From Eledone cirrhosa (lineage: Eukaryota), in contig OZ024751.1 in NCBI GenBank assembly GCA_964016885.1, positions 47,182,001-47,246,000 on the forward strand: 64,000 nucleotides of DNA, written 5' to 3'. Shown here piece after piece: positions 1 through 13,560 of this stretch. Below the pieces are notes generated by a model. The model worked only from the letters and a program-made list of their open reading frames with translations. It had not been told where the DNA came from and made no database searches. The position numbers and the translations under genes are program-made. The number at the start of each line of letters is the position of its first letter. The stretch's first letter is position 1.

Positions 1-407
1 CTATGACTGGATGCCCTTGCTATCACCAACCACTTTACAGAGTGTACTGGGTGTATTTCTATCATAGCACCAACGCTAGAGAGGTGGTCATTCCCTTGAC
101 ACAACCGAAGATTCCTCTTGAAGATTTGTTTGGCATGAAAATTGTAATCTTTGTCTATTCAAATCTAATGCCTTCTCATTCCTGTTAGATGAACCTTTCC
201 CTGGTTGACTTCCATTGTTTCATATCTCTGACCATGTAGGACCGATATATTGAGTCAAATTGTTACACTATCTTGCCTTTGGTCACCCTCTAGTTCTTCT
301 CCACTGTCTTGGTGTCCAAGAATATCCCCAAATATTCACTTGATTTCAGTATTTTCCTCCACTTATTTGCAAGAGCAGTATGTTGAAGTATTGTAGTTTC
401 CTTCCAG

Positions 408-539
408 GTACTGGGTTACTGTATACCTGAAGAACAGTACAATGGAGATGACGTTACCCTAGTGTCTTTAATTACTGAGCTGGGTGACACCATAGATCTA
501 ATAAAATTACTTCCAATGAGCTGGGAAGAAAGACTGCGA
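408..539 (+). CDS. PKDCC: PKDCC/VLK-like extracellular tyrosine kinase, internal exon (earlier exons lie upstream of the window)
   Basis: ttccag| acceptor, |gtaagt donor, 132 nt phase 0/0. Translates VLGYCIPEEQYNGDDVTLVSLITELGDTIDLIKLLPMSWEERLR, matching the PKDCC LYGYC...[23 protein letters not shown] block. Confidence 0.92.
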
Positions 540-617
540 GTAAGTATATACTATCTACATACACACCTATCTACCTATATACGGACATTTAAATTGATTA
601 AATAAATAAATAATACA

Positions 618-801
618 CTCTATTTCCCAGCGTCGAAGACGCTACTTTTTTCCTAAAATAAGTCTAAAAAATCTACCATGATTCCTGGAGGCCGAAGGTT
701 GTTTATTATTTTTTTCCAAATTTTTGGTTGTCAAAATTAGGGTGCATCCTTGGGGACAAAGCGCCTCAAGGACAAAGCATCTTCGGTGCCGGGAAATACG
801 G
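618..801. mobile_element. Same MITE family as 13648-13806, opposite orientation
   Basis: Internal sequence is the reverse complement; right TIR intact. Confidence 0.8.
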
Positions 802-1062
802 TGTATATGAGCTTCTGTGTGTATGCAAATGGCAAACAGAAATAACAAAGCAAACAACTCATTGCAATGAAGAAATATATTAGTTTTACGCTTATATATA
901 TAATGGGAAAGCCTATAGATAGAGTGACTCCAGCTACTAGATATAGCAGCCAAATCTTCCTCAAATAATATTTACAGATTTTAGGTGTTATGTATGTATG
1001 GGTGTGTGCACATGTGTGTGAAAATTAGAATAATTTGAGTATGAGAGTGCAGGAAATGAAGA

Positions 1063-1104
<42 letters not shown>

Positions 1105-3039
1105 TATGTGTGAAATCCCTCAACGCCCCATGTGGTGGTGTCTAAGTATAATTTGATGTGTCTGGAAAGATTGTGTGGGTGTACAGTTATGTGTGTGTTA
1201 ATGTGTATGTGTATTAGTGTGTGTGTATGTGAGCATGGCTGACATCTTGAGTTAGATGAGATAAGATGGAGCTTGCTTGTTTTATGTGTAGTTATGGGTG
1301 GTGGTAGTGGGGGGGGGGATATTAGTAATGGTGGTCGTGGTGGTAGTGATGGTGATGATGGTGGTGATAGTGGTGGTGGTGTTGGGGGTCGAGGACATTA
1401 GTAATGGTGAAGGTGGTGGTGGTGATGGTGATGTTGGTGGTGGGATCAGTTATTTTTTTTATTTTTGACATGTGATAGGAGGTGGGGGGGGGGGTCCAGT
1501 GAGGTGGTGGTGGTGATGGGGGGTGTTAAACATTTGTGACATGGTTGGTTTTGTCAGGATGATGAGTGTGAAATAATTGAAGAGGTAGGAGGAGAGGTGT
1601 GGGGGTGGGGTAGGAGGTTAGAGTCTATAGTCTGTGTTATTAGTGGGGGGGGGGGATGAGAGGAAGGCTGTTGTGGTTTGGTGGTGGTGTTATTGTTATT
1701 GTTGGAGGTGGTGGTGGTGTGTCAAGTGTTTACACAAATAGGAAGTAATTTCACACACACACACACACACACACATCATCATCATCATTACCATCATCAT
1801 CATTATCATCATCACCATCATCATCACCACCATCATCATCATCATTATTCATCATCATCATCATCATCATCATAATTCTCACCATTACCATCATCATTAT
1901 TGTTTTAGGGGTGCTTTCTATAATGGCATGCACCTACCCCCCCCCCGCCCTCGAATCTCCAAATTTTGTGGGTGGAGGTGTGTGTTGGGGGAAGGGCAGT
2001 TTACTTGCCTTATACAACACATGCAGGGATACTGCGTACCTATATATCCCCCACTCATTAACAAGGGAGGGTATAGGGATGGTTGTATTAGTATAGGGTC
2101 ACTGTCAAGGCTTCTGGTGTCCTTGGTCCTTCCTTGTACTACTGGTCTCCTCTCAAATCAGATGGGGCAGGGGGTTGCGATGTCATGCATGAGGAAGGAA
2201 GGAAGGGGCTCAGTAAAGTGGAATGGCTGATGTAGCGGATATTGCTGGCTATACTTCATATCAATATACTTTTCATGTCCTTCATAATGAGAGAGAAGAG
2301 AAACTGTTTGTTACTAACAGAAGTCATAGCTTCCAGAACATTTTCTATAAAAGTTTGACTGCTTAGTTACTCATCGAACATCCTTCTCCACTGCTAATTA
2401 GCTCATCTGATCATTATCTTTTTAAAACATCCTTCCCCACTGCTAATTAGCTCATCTAATCATTATCTTTTTAAAACATCCTTCACCACTGCTAATTAGG
2501 TCAGCTAGGTAACTAAAAAGCCTTCTGAGATTTGAAAAAATGAGACAGATATATCCCTCTGATCTGTCAAGGTAGACTGGCTCAAATTGAACTGTTTATT
2601 TCAGTGTGACAGCTACACTGAGTAAAACCTGACTCAACTTAAACTGTTTATCTCTGGGGCAGCAACCATTGAATTAGAAGTGGCTCAATTTGAACTGTTT
2701 ATCTTGATGGGGCAGTAATTCTGAGTAAGAAGGGGCTCAAATCGAACCATTTGTCTCAGTGGGGCTGTAACACTGACTCGGAGTTGAACTGTTTATCTAA
2801 AAGGAAAGGAGTCAATTGTCACAATGGACTGTGGTCCCATTGTACTGTGATCCCATCAGAACCTGTGTCATTATGGCTGTGGTCCCATCTAAACCTATCT
2901 CACTATAGACTGTGATCCCATCAGAACCTGTCACTATGGAAAGCAGAGGTTGGTGGTGATGTGTTTTACTGCTAACAATACCTGCCCTGTACATCTAACA
3001 TAGGAAGTCCTTAGCTTGTTTAGTGAACCTACTGACATG

Positions 3040-3854
3040 ATGATGATGATGATGGTGGTGGTAGTAATGAGGGTCATGTTAGTGTTGTGGTGTTGGTGTT
3101 TGTGTTGTAGTGGTGTTGGTGTTAGTGTTGTGGTGGTGGTGGGGTTAGTATTAGTGTTGTAGTGGTGGTGGTGTTGGGGTTAGTGTTGTGGTGGTGGTGG
3201 TGTTGGTGTTAGTGTTGTAGTTGTGGTGGTGTTGAGGTTAGTGTTGTAGTGGTGGTGGTGTTGGGGTTAGTGTTGTGGTGGTGGTGGTGTTGGTGTTAGT
3301 GTTGTGGTGGTGTTGAGGTTAGTGTTGTAGTGGTGGTGGTGTTGGTGTTAGTGTTGTGGTGGTGGCATGGTATATAATATATGTATGTATTGTACCTCTC
3401 ACTCTCTCTCTCCACCCTGACTTTGTTACATCCACCCCTGTTTACCTCACTCCCTACTGACTTGTCACTCAAGATGCCAGGGGAAAATAGGCAGATAAGT
3501 GGGTGGGACCCCAGGGTGAGGGTAATGTGTGTATGTATGTAACAGTTGGCAGGAATATATTTATGTATATGTCAGTTATTGTGTAGTGTCAGTCAGTGTG
3601 TGGCTGACATGTTGCTGTCAGTTGCTGTAGTGTATGTGGTTGTGTGTCTAAGTATGTGTGTGTGTGGTTGTGTGTCTAAGTATGTGTGTGTGTGTGTCTG
3701 TCAGTGTGTCTAAGTGTGTGTGGTTGTGTGTCTGTCAGTGTATCTAAGTGTGTGAATTAAGAGGTGTGTGTGTCAGATGGCAGTTGTGTATATATGTGTG
3801 TGTCTGTCTGTGTGTGTCAGATGGCAGTTGTGTATATATGTGTGTGTGTATGTC

Positions 3855-3905
<51 letters not shown>

Positions 3906-4008
3906 CAGATGGCAGTTGTAGATATATGTGTATGTATGTCTATATATATACATATATATATATGCGTGTGTATGTGTGTATGTCTATATATATATGTGTG
4001 TGTATGTC

Positions 4009-4039
<31 letters not shown>

Positions 4040-4044
4040 ATGTC

Positions 4045-4081
<37 letters not shown>

Positions 4082-4680
4082 CTATATATATATATGTGTG
4101 TGTGTGTGTTGTCAGCAGCAGGTAACTGGAGGAGTTTTTAATGTGAAATAAATTTACTTGCCAAAATATAATATGTTGAACTAAAAACAAAATTAAAAAG
4201 TCTTTCATCACCACCCCTTCCCCATCCCTCCTAACAGTGATTTATAGTACTAGTAGTAGTAGTGGTGGTGGTGGTAGTAGTGGTGGTGGTGGTGGTGGTG
4301 GTGGTGGTAGTAGTGATGGTGGTATAGTAGTAGTGGTGGTGGTGGTGGTATAGTAGTAGTGGTGGTGGTGGTGGTGGTAGTGGTGGTGGTGGTGGTAGTA
4401 GTAGTGATGGTGGTATAGTAGTGGTGGTGGTGGTGGTGGTAGTAGTGGTGGTGGTGGTGGTAGTGGTGGTGGTGGTGGTAGTAGTAGTGATGGTGGTGGT
4501 GGTAGTAGTAGTGATGGCGGTGGTGGTAGTAGTAGTAGTAGTAGTGGTGGTGGCGGTAGTAGTGGTGGTGGTGGTAGTAGTAGTGGTGGCGGTGATGGTA
4601 GTAATAGTAGTAGTAGTGGTGGTGGTGGCGGCGGTAGTGGTAGTAGTGGTGGTGGTAGTAGTAGTGGTGGTGGTGGTAGT
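3040..4680. repeat. Low-complexity (GGT/GTA)n, (TG)n and (TA)n microsatellites
   Basis: Directly visible. Confidence 0.95.
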
Positions 4681-4949
4681 TGGGTCAGGTTAAATGGGGG
4701 GATGGTGTTATTGAGGAGGTAGGAGGGTATAGTTCCCCCCTCCCCTTCCCACCCACAGCCACTCTTTCATCTGGAAACACACACTTGTAGTTTTAAAGGA
4801 AGGGATTTGGGGGAACATACTCTATATACACAGATTGTTTTATATTTGTTTTGACTCTCTCACAACTCCCTCACTCTCTCTCTCACTCTCTCTCTCACTC
4901 TCTTCCTCACACTCTCTCACTTTGTCTCTCTCACCTCCTCTCTCTGTCT

Positions 4950-6170
4950 CTCTTCTTCACACTTTATCACTCTCTCTTCTTCACACTCTATCACTCTCTC
5001 TTCTTCACACTCTATCACTCTCTCTTCTTCACACTCTATCACTCTCTCTTCTTCACACTCTATCACTCTCTCTTCTTCACACTCTATCACTCTCTCTTCT
5101 TCACACTCTATCACTCTCTCTTCTTCACACTCTATCACTCTCTTCACACTCTATCACTCTCTCTCTTCACACTCTATCACTCTCTCTTCTTCACACTCTA
5201 TCACTCTCTCTTCACACTCTATCACTCTCTCTTCTTCACACTCTATCACTCTCTCTTCACACTCTATCACTCTTCTCTTCTTCACACTCTATCACTCTCT
5301 CTTCACACTCTATCACTCTCTCTTCTTCACACTCTATCACTCTCTCTTCTTCACACTCTATCACTCTCTCTTCTTCACACTCTATCACTCTCTCTTCTTC
5401 ACACTCTATCACTCTCTCTTCACACTCTATCACTCTCTCTTCTTCACACTCTATCACTCTCTCTTCACACTCTATCACTCTTCTCTTCTTCACACTCTAT
5501 CACTCTCTCTTCACACTCTATCACTCTCTCTTCTTCACACTCTATCACTCTCTCTTCACACTCTATCACTCTTCTCTTCTTCACACTCTATCACTCTCTC
5601 TTCACACTCTATCACTCTCTCTTCTTCACACTCTATCACTCTCTCTTCTTCACACTCTATCACTCTTCTCTTCTTCACACTCTATCTCTCCCTGTCTGTC
5701 TCCCCCTCTTCCTCACTCTCTCTCCCTGTCTGTCTCCCCTCTCTTCCTCACTCTCTCCCTGTCTGTCTCCCCCCTCTTCCTCGCTCTCTCCCTACCTGTC
5801 TGTCTCCCCCCTCTTCCTCACTCTCTCTCCCTGTCTGTCTCCCCCTCTCTCCCTGTCTGTCTCCCCCATCTTCCTCACTCTCTCTCTCCCTGTCTGTCTC
5901 CCCCTCTTCCTCACTCTCTCTCCATCTCCCCCTCTTACTCACTCTCTCTCTCCCTGTCAGTCTCCCCCTCTTCCTCACTCTCTCTCTTCCTGTCTGTCTC
6001 TCCTCACTCTCTCTCTCTCCCTGTCTGTCTCTCCTCACTCTCTCTCTCTCTCCCTGTCTGTCTCCCCCTGTTCCTCACTCTCTCCCTCTCTGTCTGTCTC
6101 CCCCTCTTCCTCACTCTCTCTCCGTCTCCCCCTCTTCCTCACTCTCTCTCCCTCTCACCCCCCCTCTCTC
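4950..6170. repeat. CT-rich minisatellites (21-24-bp CACACTCTATCACTCTCTCTTCTT unit, then CTCCCTGTCTGTCTCCCC unit)
   Basis: Directly visible; these produce the spurious 508-aa and 452-aa ORFs. Confidence 0.95.
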
Positions 6171-6499
6171 CCACACATTACTGGCAGTTTCTATTGGCTA
6201 TACAGCTAAAATATAAACATGCCATCATCATTATTGTTATCACAGCCATCAACATCATCTTCATCACCACCACCATCACCACCATCACTACCCATAACTA
6301 TCAATCTTATCATCATCACCACCACCATCACCACCACCATCACCACCATCATTACCCATAACTATCACTCCTATCATCATCATCACCATCATCACTACCA
6401 TCACCATCATCACTTTCATCACCATCACCATCACCATCACCATTATCTTCATCACCATTACCCATAACTATCACTCCTATCATCATCAACATCATCACC

Positions 6500-6549
<50 letters not shown>

Positions 6550-7050
6550 CATCATCACCATCACCATCATCACCACCATCACCATCATCATCATCATCAC
6601 CATCACCGTCACCATCATCACCATCACCATCATCATCATCACCATCACCCATAACTCACACTCCTATCATTACTACCATCACACAACCATTGTTATCATC
6701 TTCATCATTATCTTTACCAGCTGTCAACTGAGTACCTTTGTAGTTGCAGATGTTAAGACAGTACCACTCTTCCCAGCACACCAATAACTCCTCAAAAAAG
6801 AGGGCCATTTGTGATAAAAATACAACACATATGATAAAACAACAAAACAAAACAAATGGAGGATGGGGCAGTTTCTTTTAATGGGCTTCTTCAGTTTCTG
6901 TGTATCAATTTCACTCAGAAGGCATTTGTTGATCCAAGGCTATATATTTAAAGACACTCGCCCAAGTGGGATTGAACCCAAAACTATGTGGTTGCAATAA
7001 CAAACCTTTTAACCACACAGTCACACAGGCGCATAAAATCCTCAATTACT

Positions 7051-7269
7051 TTAACCCTTCAAGCATTTTTATATTATTCTATATTTACTATTATATCTTC
7101 ACGGTAAAGGCTTTACCTCACATAATATCGAATCTATGAGATTTTTATATTATTTATTTTGAGAACAATACCTTAACATCAGTATGAGTGTCCGGTTACA
7201 GCCAGTTTGAGCAGAAAAGGGTGAGAGAATTCTGGCTGGATATGGTAGGTTTAAATGCTAAAGGGTTAA
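7051..7269 (+). mobile_element. piggyBac-like MITE
   Basis: TTAA-CCCTT...AAAGGG-TTAA ends. Further copies at 10847-11398, 14545-14763, 42449-42756(-) and 45134-45343. Confidence 0.8.
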
Positions 7270-7447
7270 TGTTGGTATGAGTGGCCAGTTACGGCCGATT
7301 TGAACAGAAAGGGGTGAGAGAACTCTGGCCGGACAACGACCAGTTTAAATGCTAAAGTGTTATAGCAGTTTTTTTTATATTTTCTTTTTTGCCTTGTTTT
7401 TCTTTAGTTTATCTCCTGTCTCATCTCTAGTTCCTCTCTTTCCACAG

Positions 7448-7656
7448 ATATCCTACGACCTCATCTCACTTATTCATTTCTTTGCTCACTCCCCTCATGG
7501 TCCGATTGTTATGAATGACTTCCGACACCAACAGTTTGTCCTCGTCAATGGAATGTTGAAACTCACAGATGTCGATGACACTGGAATTGGTGACCCACAT
7601 TGTTCCACACAGGCTGATTGTGCTCTCCATTTCTCACCTTCACAACTCCAGACCAA
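7448..7656 (+). CDS. PKDCC: PKDCC-like exon with catalytic loop and DFG-equivalent motif
   Basis: ccacag| ... |gttagt, 209 nt phase 0/2. ISYDLISLIHFFAHSPHGPIVMNDFRHQQFVLVNGMLKLTDVDD... versus PKDCC [32 protein letters not shown]. Confidence 0.95.
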
Positions 7657-7715
7657 GTTAGTCATATTTTCTTAACATTTTTCTTGTTTGAACATTATTA
7701 TTATTATTATTATTT

Positions 7716-8482
7716 TTGCCTTTCATCCTTACGGGGTCGATAAAATAAAGTACCAGTAATGCACTGGATAATTGCTGGCCCTGTGCCTAAAGTAGAAACA
7801 ATTATTATTATTATTATTATTATGCGGTGGATTGGCAGTATCGGTAGAGGGTCGGACGCCATGCTTTCCAGCATAGTTACGTCCCTTTACGGTCTGAGTT
7901 CAAATCCCGCCGAGGTTAACTTTGCCTTTCATCCTTACGGGGTCGATAAAATAAAGTACCAGTAATGCATTGGGTAATTGCTGGCCTTGTGCCAAGAGTA
8001 GAAACAATTGTTATTATTATTATGGCCCTTTATGTTCTGAGTTCAAATCCCACCAGGTTAACTTTGCCTTTCATCCTTACAGTCAATCAAATAAAGTACC
8101 AGTAATGCACTTGGGGTAATTGTTGACCTTGAGCCAAAAGTAGAAACATTGTTATTATTATTAGGGCAGTGGATTGGCAGTATCTGTAGAGTGTCGGGCA
8201 ACATGCTTCACGGCATAGAGTTATGGCCCTTTGCGTACTGAGTTCAAATCATGCCAAAGTTAGCTTTGCCTTTCATCCTTACGGGATCAATAATATAAAG
8301 TACCAGTAATGCACTGGGGTAATTTCTGGCCTTGTGCTTAAATTAGAAACCATTGTTATTGTTATTATAAGAGCAGTGGATTGGCAGTATCAGTTGAGCA
8401 TCAGACATGCTTCGTGGCATAGGTTTACAACTCTTTACTTTCTGAGTTCAAATCCTGTTAAGGTTAGTTTACCTCTTTCATC
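7716..8482 (+). mobile_element. Tandem cluster of about 4 SINE family B copies (MetaSINE-like core)
   Basis: Repeated gagttcaaatcccgccgaggttaactttgcctttcatccttacggggtcgataaaataaagtaccag and (ATT)n tails. Other copies near 11560, 13995(-), 16345(-), 18525(-), 18935(-), 44440, 46570, 48255-48840, 52475(-) and 61450. Confidence 0.85.
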
Positions 8483-8600
8483 TTTATTAAAAAAGGTAAA
8501 AACTGTTGTTACAAATCATCCCTTAAGTAATTCAGATTCTACTGTGTCCCCTTTTGTATATTTGTTGTTTTTTTACTTCACGTTTTTGTTGACCTTTCAG

Positions 8601-8851
8601 AATCCCCTGTCGGAATGGCCATTGTGTCGGACTCAACGAGAAGAAGAATATTTTCAATGCAGGTCGCCATTTTATTATTTTCCGACTACCATATGGTGCT
8701 CCACTGTCCCTCCATCCACTTCTCTACGATGTCGTTTCTGGCTTTACTAACTTAACAATGACTGCTGATACACTTCTACAACAAATGCAAAAGGCTGTAG
8801 ACCTGTACAAAACTGGTCGTTATTTAAACAGGACTTATCCTGTTAAAACAC
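8601..8851 (+). CDS. PKDCC: PKDCC-like exon
   Basis: tttcag| ... |gtgagt, 251 nt phase 2/1. IPCRNGHCVGLNEKKNIFNAGRHFIIFRLPYGAPLSLHPLL...AVDLYKTGRYL versus PKDCC CEGMNEKRNLYNAYRFF...LYRSGQYL. Frame is continuous with flanking exons. Confidence 0.93.
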
Positions 8852-8933
8852 GTGAGTATACGTACCGATGACTTAACTCTTAATATCCTCTACATTTAGC
8901 AGGAAATATCTAAAAGCAGGTTTGTTAATTCAA

Positions 8934-9334
8934 ATCATCATTTCATCATCATCATCATCATTTTACGTTCACTTTTTCCCTGCTTGCAAGGGTGGGACGG
9001 GAACTGATTCTGGCTTGATTTCTACAGCTGGATGCCCTTCCTAACACCAACCTTATTTACAGTGAGTGCTGGGTGCTTTTTTGCCGTGGCACCTGCACGA
9101 CCACTTTACAGTGAGCGCTGGGTGCTTTTTTGCCGTGGCACCTCCATGACCACTTTACAGTGGAATGATATGGACCCCAGCCCCTATCATCTCATTTCTA
9201 CAGCTGAGTAAACTGAGGCAATGTGAAATAAAGTGTCTTGCTCAAGGAAACAACACATCACCCAGTCTGAGAATTGAACTCACAACCTTTCGATTGCAAG
9301 GCCAATGCTCTAACCACTAAGCCATGTGCCTCCA
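8934..9334 (-). mobile_element. SINE family A copy with internal duplication
   Basis: Reverse complement of 40407-40744. Confidence 0.88.
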
Positions 9335-9339
9335 TGTCA

Positions 9340-9952
9340 ATAGTATCTTACCTAGGAGACAGGTTTGTTAATTAAAATGTCTATAGTATCTTTACTAGGG
9401 GACAGGTTTGTTAATTCAAATGTTTATAGTATCTTTACTAGGGGACAGGTTTGTTAATTCAAATATTTATAGTGTCTTTACCAATAGACAGGTTTGTTAA
9501 TTAAAATGTTTATAGTACCTTTACAAGTAGACAGGTTTGTTGAAATGTTTATAGTATCTTTAATAGGGGACATGTTTGTTAATTCAAATGTTTATAGTAT
9601 CTTTACTAGGGGACAGGTTTGTTAATTCAAATATTTATAGTGTCTTTACTAATAGACAGGTTTGTTAATTAAAATGTTTATAGTACCTTTACAAGTAGAC
9701 AGGTTTGTTGAAATGTTTATAGTATCTTTAATAGGGGACATGTTTGTTAATTCAAATGTTTATAGTATCTTTACTAGGGGACAGGTTTGTTAATTAAAAT
9801 GTTTATAGTACCTTTACAAGTAGACAGGTTTGTTCAAATGTTTATAGTATCTTTAATAGGGGACAGGTTTGTTAATTCAAATGTTTATAGTATTTTTACT
9901 AGTGGACAGGTTTTTTTTAATTCAAATGTTTATAGTATCTTTAGTAGGGGAT
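9340..9952. repeat. About 43-bp minisatellite GACAGGTTTGTTAATTCAAATGTTTATAGTATCTTTACTAGGG, about 14 copies
   Basis: Directly visible, with shorter variant units recurring. Confidence 0.93.
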
Positions 9953-10135
9953 AGATTGTTGTGAGAATTTGCAGTAAACTAAATACTTACCCCATTAAAC
10001 ACATGAATATACCATACCAGAATGGAACACAGTTGTCTGGCCTCAGAACATGATAACCTGTCTCACTCACACAAGCCACAGTGATGATGATGATGATGAT
10101 GATATATGTGTGTTTGTATATATTTGTATACACAC

Positions 10136-10173
<38 letters not shown>

Positions 10174-10871
10174 ACCCATGCTAGCGTAGAAGACGTTAAA
10201 TGATGATGATGATTATACACATATACAAACATACATATATATATATATGTATATATGTATATATATGTGTATGTATATGTATATATATATGTATAAATTG
10301 CATGTATACACACATACATAGACAGACAATGAGAGAGAGAGCAATTGAGAAATTCTTGTTTCTCAGGGAGATCTCTTGGGAGGAAATTTTCAGCACCAGC
10401 TCATGTGTATAAACTAACAAAAACATGTATCTATTATGTTCTGTTTGCCCCACCTTCAGCTGTAAGTTGGGTTAGCAGAACCGGTAGGAGGTAGGGGTCA
10501 TATGCCCCATCCTCAGCTGTAAGTTGGGTTAGCAGAAAGAGTAGGAGGTAGGGCGGATGGGGGGGGGGGGGGGGGTCATACGTAATTCTTCCATCTTGCA
10601 GAATTTGGTTTCGTCATTTTCACATTGTGAATTCTCATCTTTTTGTGGTGAGGTTGACTGCACTTTTCCTATAGTACTTTTTATAACCCTTTGGACTTGT
10701 TATATTTTCTATGATGCTGGAGTACTAACAATTTTATCTCAGACGTAACTTCCGACTAGAAAACGTGAGACTTTGAAGTGAGGCTCCAACCAAACACCTG
10801 AAGAGACGTGTTGCTTATTTATAAAAAGTCTGCCGAGTCCATTTCTTTAACCCTTTAGTATTCACATTACT

Positions 10872-11213
10872 ATGGCTTAGTGGTTAGAGCATTGGCCTTG
10901 CAATCGAAAGGTTGTGAGTTCAATTCTCAGACCGGATTATGTGTTGTTTCCTTGAGCAAGACACTTTATTTCACATTGCTCCAGTTTACTCAGCTGTAGA
11001 AATGAGATGATAGGACTGGGGTCCCTATCATTCCACTGTAAAGTGGTCGTGCAGGTGCCACGACAAAAAGGCACCCAGCACTCACTGTAAATGAGGTTGG
11101 TGTTAGGAAGGGCATCCAGCTGTAGAAATCAAGCCAGCATCAGTTCCCGTCCCACCCTTGCAAGCAGGGAAAAAGTGGACGTAAAATGAAATGATGATGA
11201 TGATGATGATGAT
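10872..11213 (+). mobile_element. SINE family A copy nested in a piggyBac-like MITE
   Basis: Near-identical to 40415-40744. The flanks are the two halves of the TTAA MITE 10847-11398. Confidence 0.88.
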
Positions 11214-12040
11214 ACTATTATATTTTCATGGTAAAGGCTTTTCCTCGCATAATTATGTCACATAATATCGAATCTATGAGATTTTGAAAATATTTATTTT
11301 GAGAACAATACCTTAACATCAATTTGAGCGACCAGTTACAGCCAGTTTCAACAGATAGAGGTAGAGAATTCCGGCCGGTTTGAACATTAAAGGGTTAATC
11401 CCAAAGCATGTTCACCACAACAGTACTCCTTAACTATCTACTATAAGACTGACTAGATAGTTTCTATATATCACCAGATAGGTTTACTGATGGAGAAGAT
11501 TTATGATCAGTGGCATTCCAGCCATGCCCATCTCCTCTTTTTTTCTTATGTGCATGCAGTGGATTGGCAGTATTGGTAGAGGGTCGGACGGCAAGCTTTG
11601 CAGCACAGAGTTACGGCCCTTTATGATCTGAGTTCAAATCCTGCCAAGGTTAACTTTGCCTTTCATCCCTACGGGGTCGATAAAATAAAGTACCAGTAAT
11701 GTACTGGGTAATTGCTGGCCTTGTGCCAAAAGTAGAAACAATTATGTTATTTCACATGTCCTTTTTTTTCTAAAGACTATAGCGTATTATTAAAGGGAGA
11801 TTTGGCTGCTATTTCTAGCAGGTCAAGCAAACACATAGAAACTGCTTTGTTGGTTCATATTATGATGTTATGAATACATCATTACGTTATCTAATATGCC
11901 TTTTTTTTCTAAAGACCATAGTGTGTGTGAGTGATTAGAGGGAGATTTGGCTGCTATTTCTAGCAGATCAAGCAAACACATAGAAACTGCTTTGTTGGTT
12001 CATATTATTATGTTGTTTTTGTTTGTATTATTTTGTTTAG

Positions 12041-12217
12041 AATACAAAGAATATCGTAAAAGTGATCTACCAGGTAAATATGACTACAAATGCAGGGCTT
12101 CCATGTCGGGAACGAGCTGTACTTTCTCAGTATTTGATCAGAAGGAAGCTGAAGATGTCTGTGAAAGGGATCCAGAGTGTTTTGGCTTTGTCATGACTAA
12201 AGAAACTACATGGACAG
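12041..12217 (+). CDS. PKDCC: PKDCC-like exon, Cys-rich C-terminal region
   Basis: gtttag| ... |gtgaga, 177 nt phase 1/1. YDYKCRASMSGTSCTFSVFDQKEAEDVCERDPECFGFVMTKETTWTG versus PKDCC [46 protein letters not shown]. Confidence 0.93.
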
Positions 12218-13083
12218 GTGAGATGACATTTAGAGATAGATATATTTTTTATGCATGACTAGCAGCAGTACCCGGCTTTACCCAGGGTTGTTTATATCTA
12301 CAATAAATATAATTATAATCACCTCAAGAAACTGAGCCTTACAAAGGAGATAACACAAGATCAAGCTGATTGTTGATATGCCATAATACAAAGGACTCCC
12401 CGTCCACCATTTTAAGCATTGCAACGCTAAAAGTAAACATGGTGAGAGATGGGTGGCCACATTGTTTGGTAATCAATCAGAGACGGTATAGGATTTGAGA
12501 GGATACTTTAGTATGATTTTCAAATAATTTTTTAGATAATCAAGAATTTGAAGGGATTTAGTAATATAACTAACTTTTTCATTATTAAGCTAGTGTCTGG
12601 AACATAACTTAACAAAGGTTCTTACGTAAAATTATGATGGAAGGTTTTTTAGATAAATATAAACACCTTAAAATACATGGTTTTATATTGTAGAACTTGG
12701 GTGCTTTCCTTTAATTTTCCTTCTACTTTTATTCTTGGCTATGCTCAGTGTCAATACCCATCCACCTCATCTAGGGTTTAAATAGCCTCACCAACTCACA
12801 ATTGACCAAGCATGGTAAGTAAGGCTACAACTCTGAAGACATGACCAAAACCAAACCAAAAGGTGTGGAGGTCAACCAGGCAGGGGGTTCCTCCTATAGG
12901 AGTGAAAAGGCCCTGGATTGGATTGGATATAGGTCAATTGAGAGGGGTGTCCTCCAACAGGAGTGAGGAGACCTTGGATTGCATTGGATTGAATTTGATG
13001 CTAAGGCATCGCCTGAATTTAATTGATTAAATTAACCCTAGCACTTATTTTTTCAACCTGCGACTTACTTTATTGATCTCTCT

Positions 13084-13115
<32 letters not shown>

Positions 13116-13160
13116 TTTGCTAAACCATTAAGTTCTTTTTTTTTTTCCTTTTTCTTTTAG

Positions 13161-13243
13161 GTCGGAAAATCGTCCATCTAAAAAATAATATGAGCATCCC
13201 GGTACGAAATGCTGGTACAAATTTATATGTACGTCCTCCTTGA
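13161..13243 (+). CDS. PKDCC: PKDCC-like terminal coding exon
   Basis: Long polypyrimidine tract then ttttag|, phase 1. GRKIVHLKNNMSIPVRNAGTNLYVRPP* with TGA at 13241-13243, versus PKDCC GRQLVFFK...TTYVK. Confidence 0.9.
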
Positions 13244-13560
13244 AACATTTACCAGCTTCTCATTTCTCTTCACAGATGTCAAGAATGCCGTCTGCTGAAT
13301 TATAAGTACGTCCTCTGATGAAGATCAATGCACTGACATCAGAAAATCTATCACAATTCCCTCCTCTCTTCCTTCTTTGTAAATAATAAGTCTGGAAAAA
13401 AAAAAGAAAAAAAAACTCTTAAGAAGGAAGACTTTCCACATCTAATTGCTTTGTCTGTGATTTACTTAAAACTTCTTATCAAGACACAAACACACACACA
13501 CACACACACACACCCCTGTTCCATACATACACATTCTCACATAAAGTATCAGTATTTTAA

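Noticed and set aside
4835-6361. 508-aa and 452-aa Ser/Leu/His ORFs
   Set aside because: Pyrimidine-rich minisatellite lacking stops; intronic to the kinase.
8334-8750. 138-aa ORF over the kinase exon
   Set aside because: Wrong frame; the PKDCC-like frame is shifted by one and fixed by splice phases.
13311-13360. CTGATGA...GAAA in the PKDCC 3' UTR as a hammerhead
   Set aside because: No stem I pairing and no proper stem II closure.
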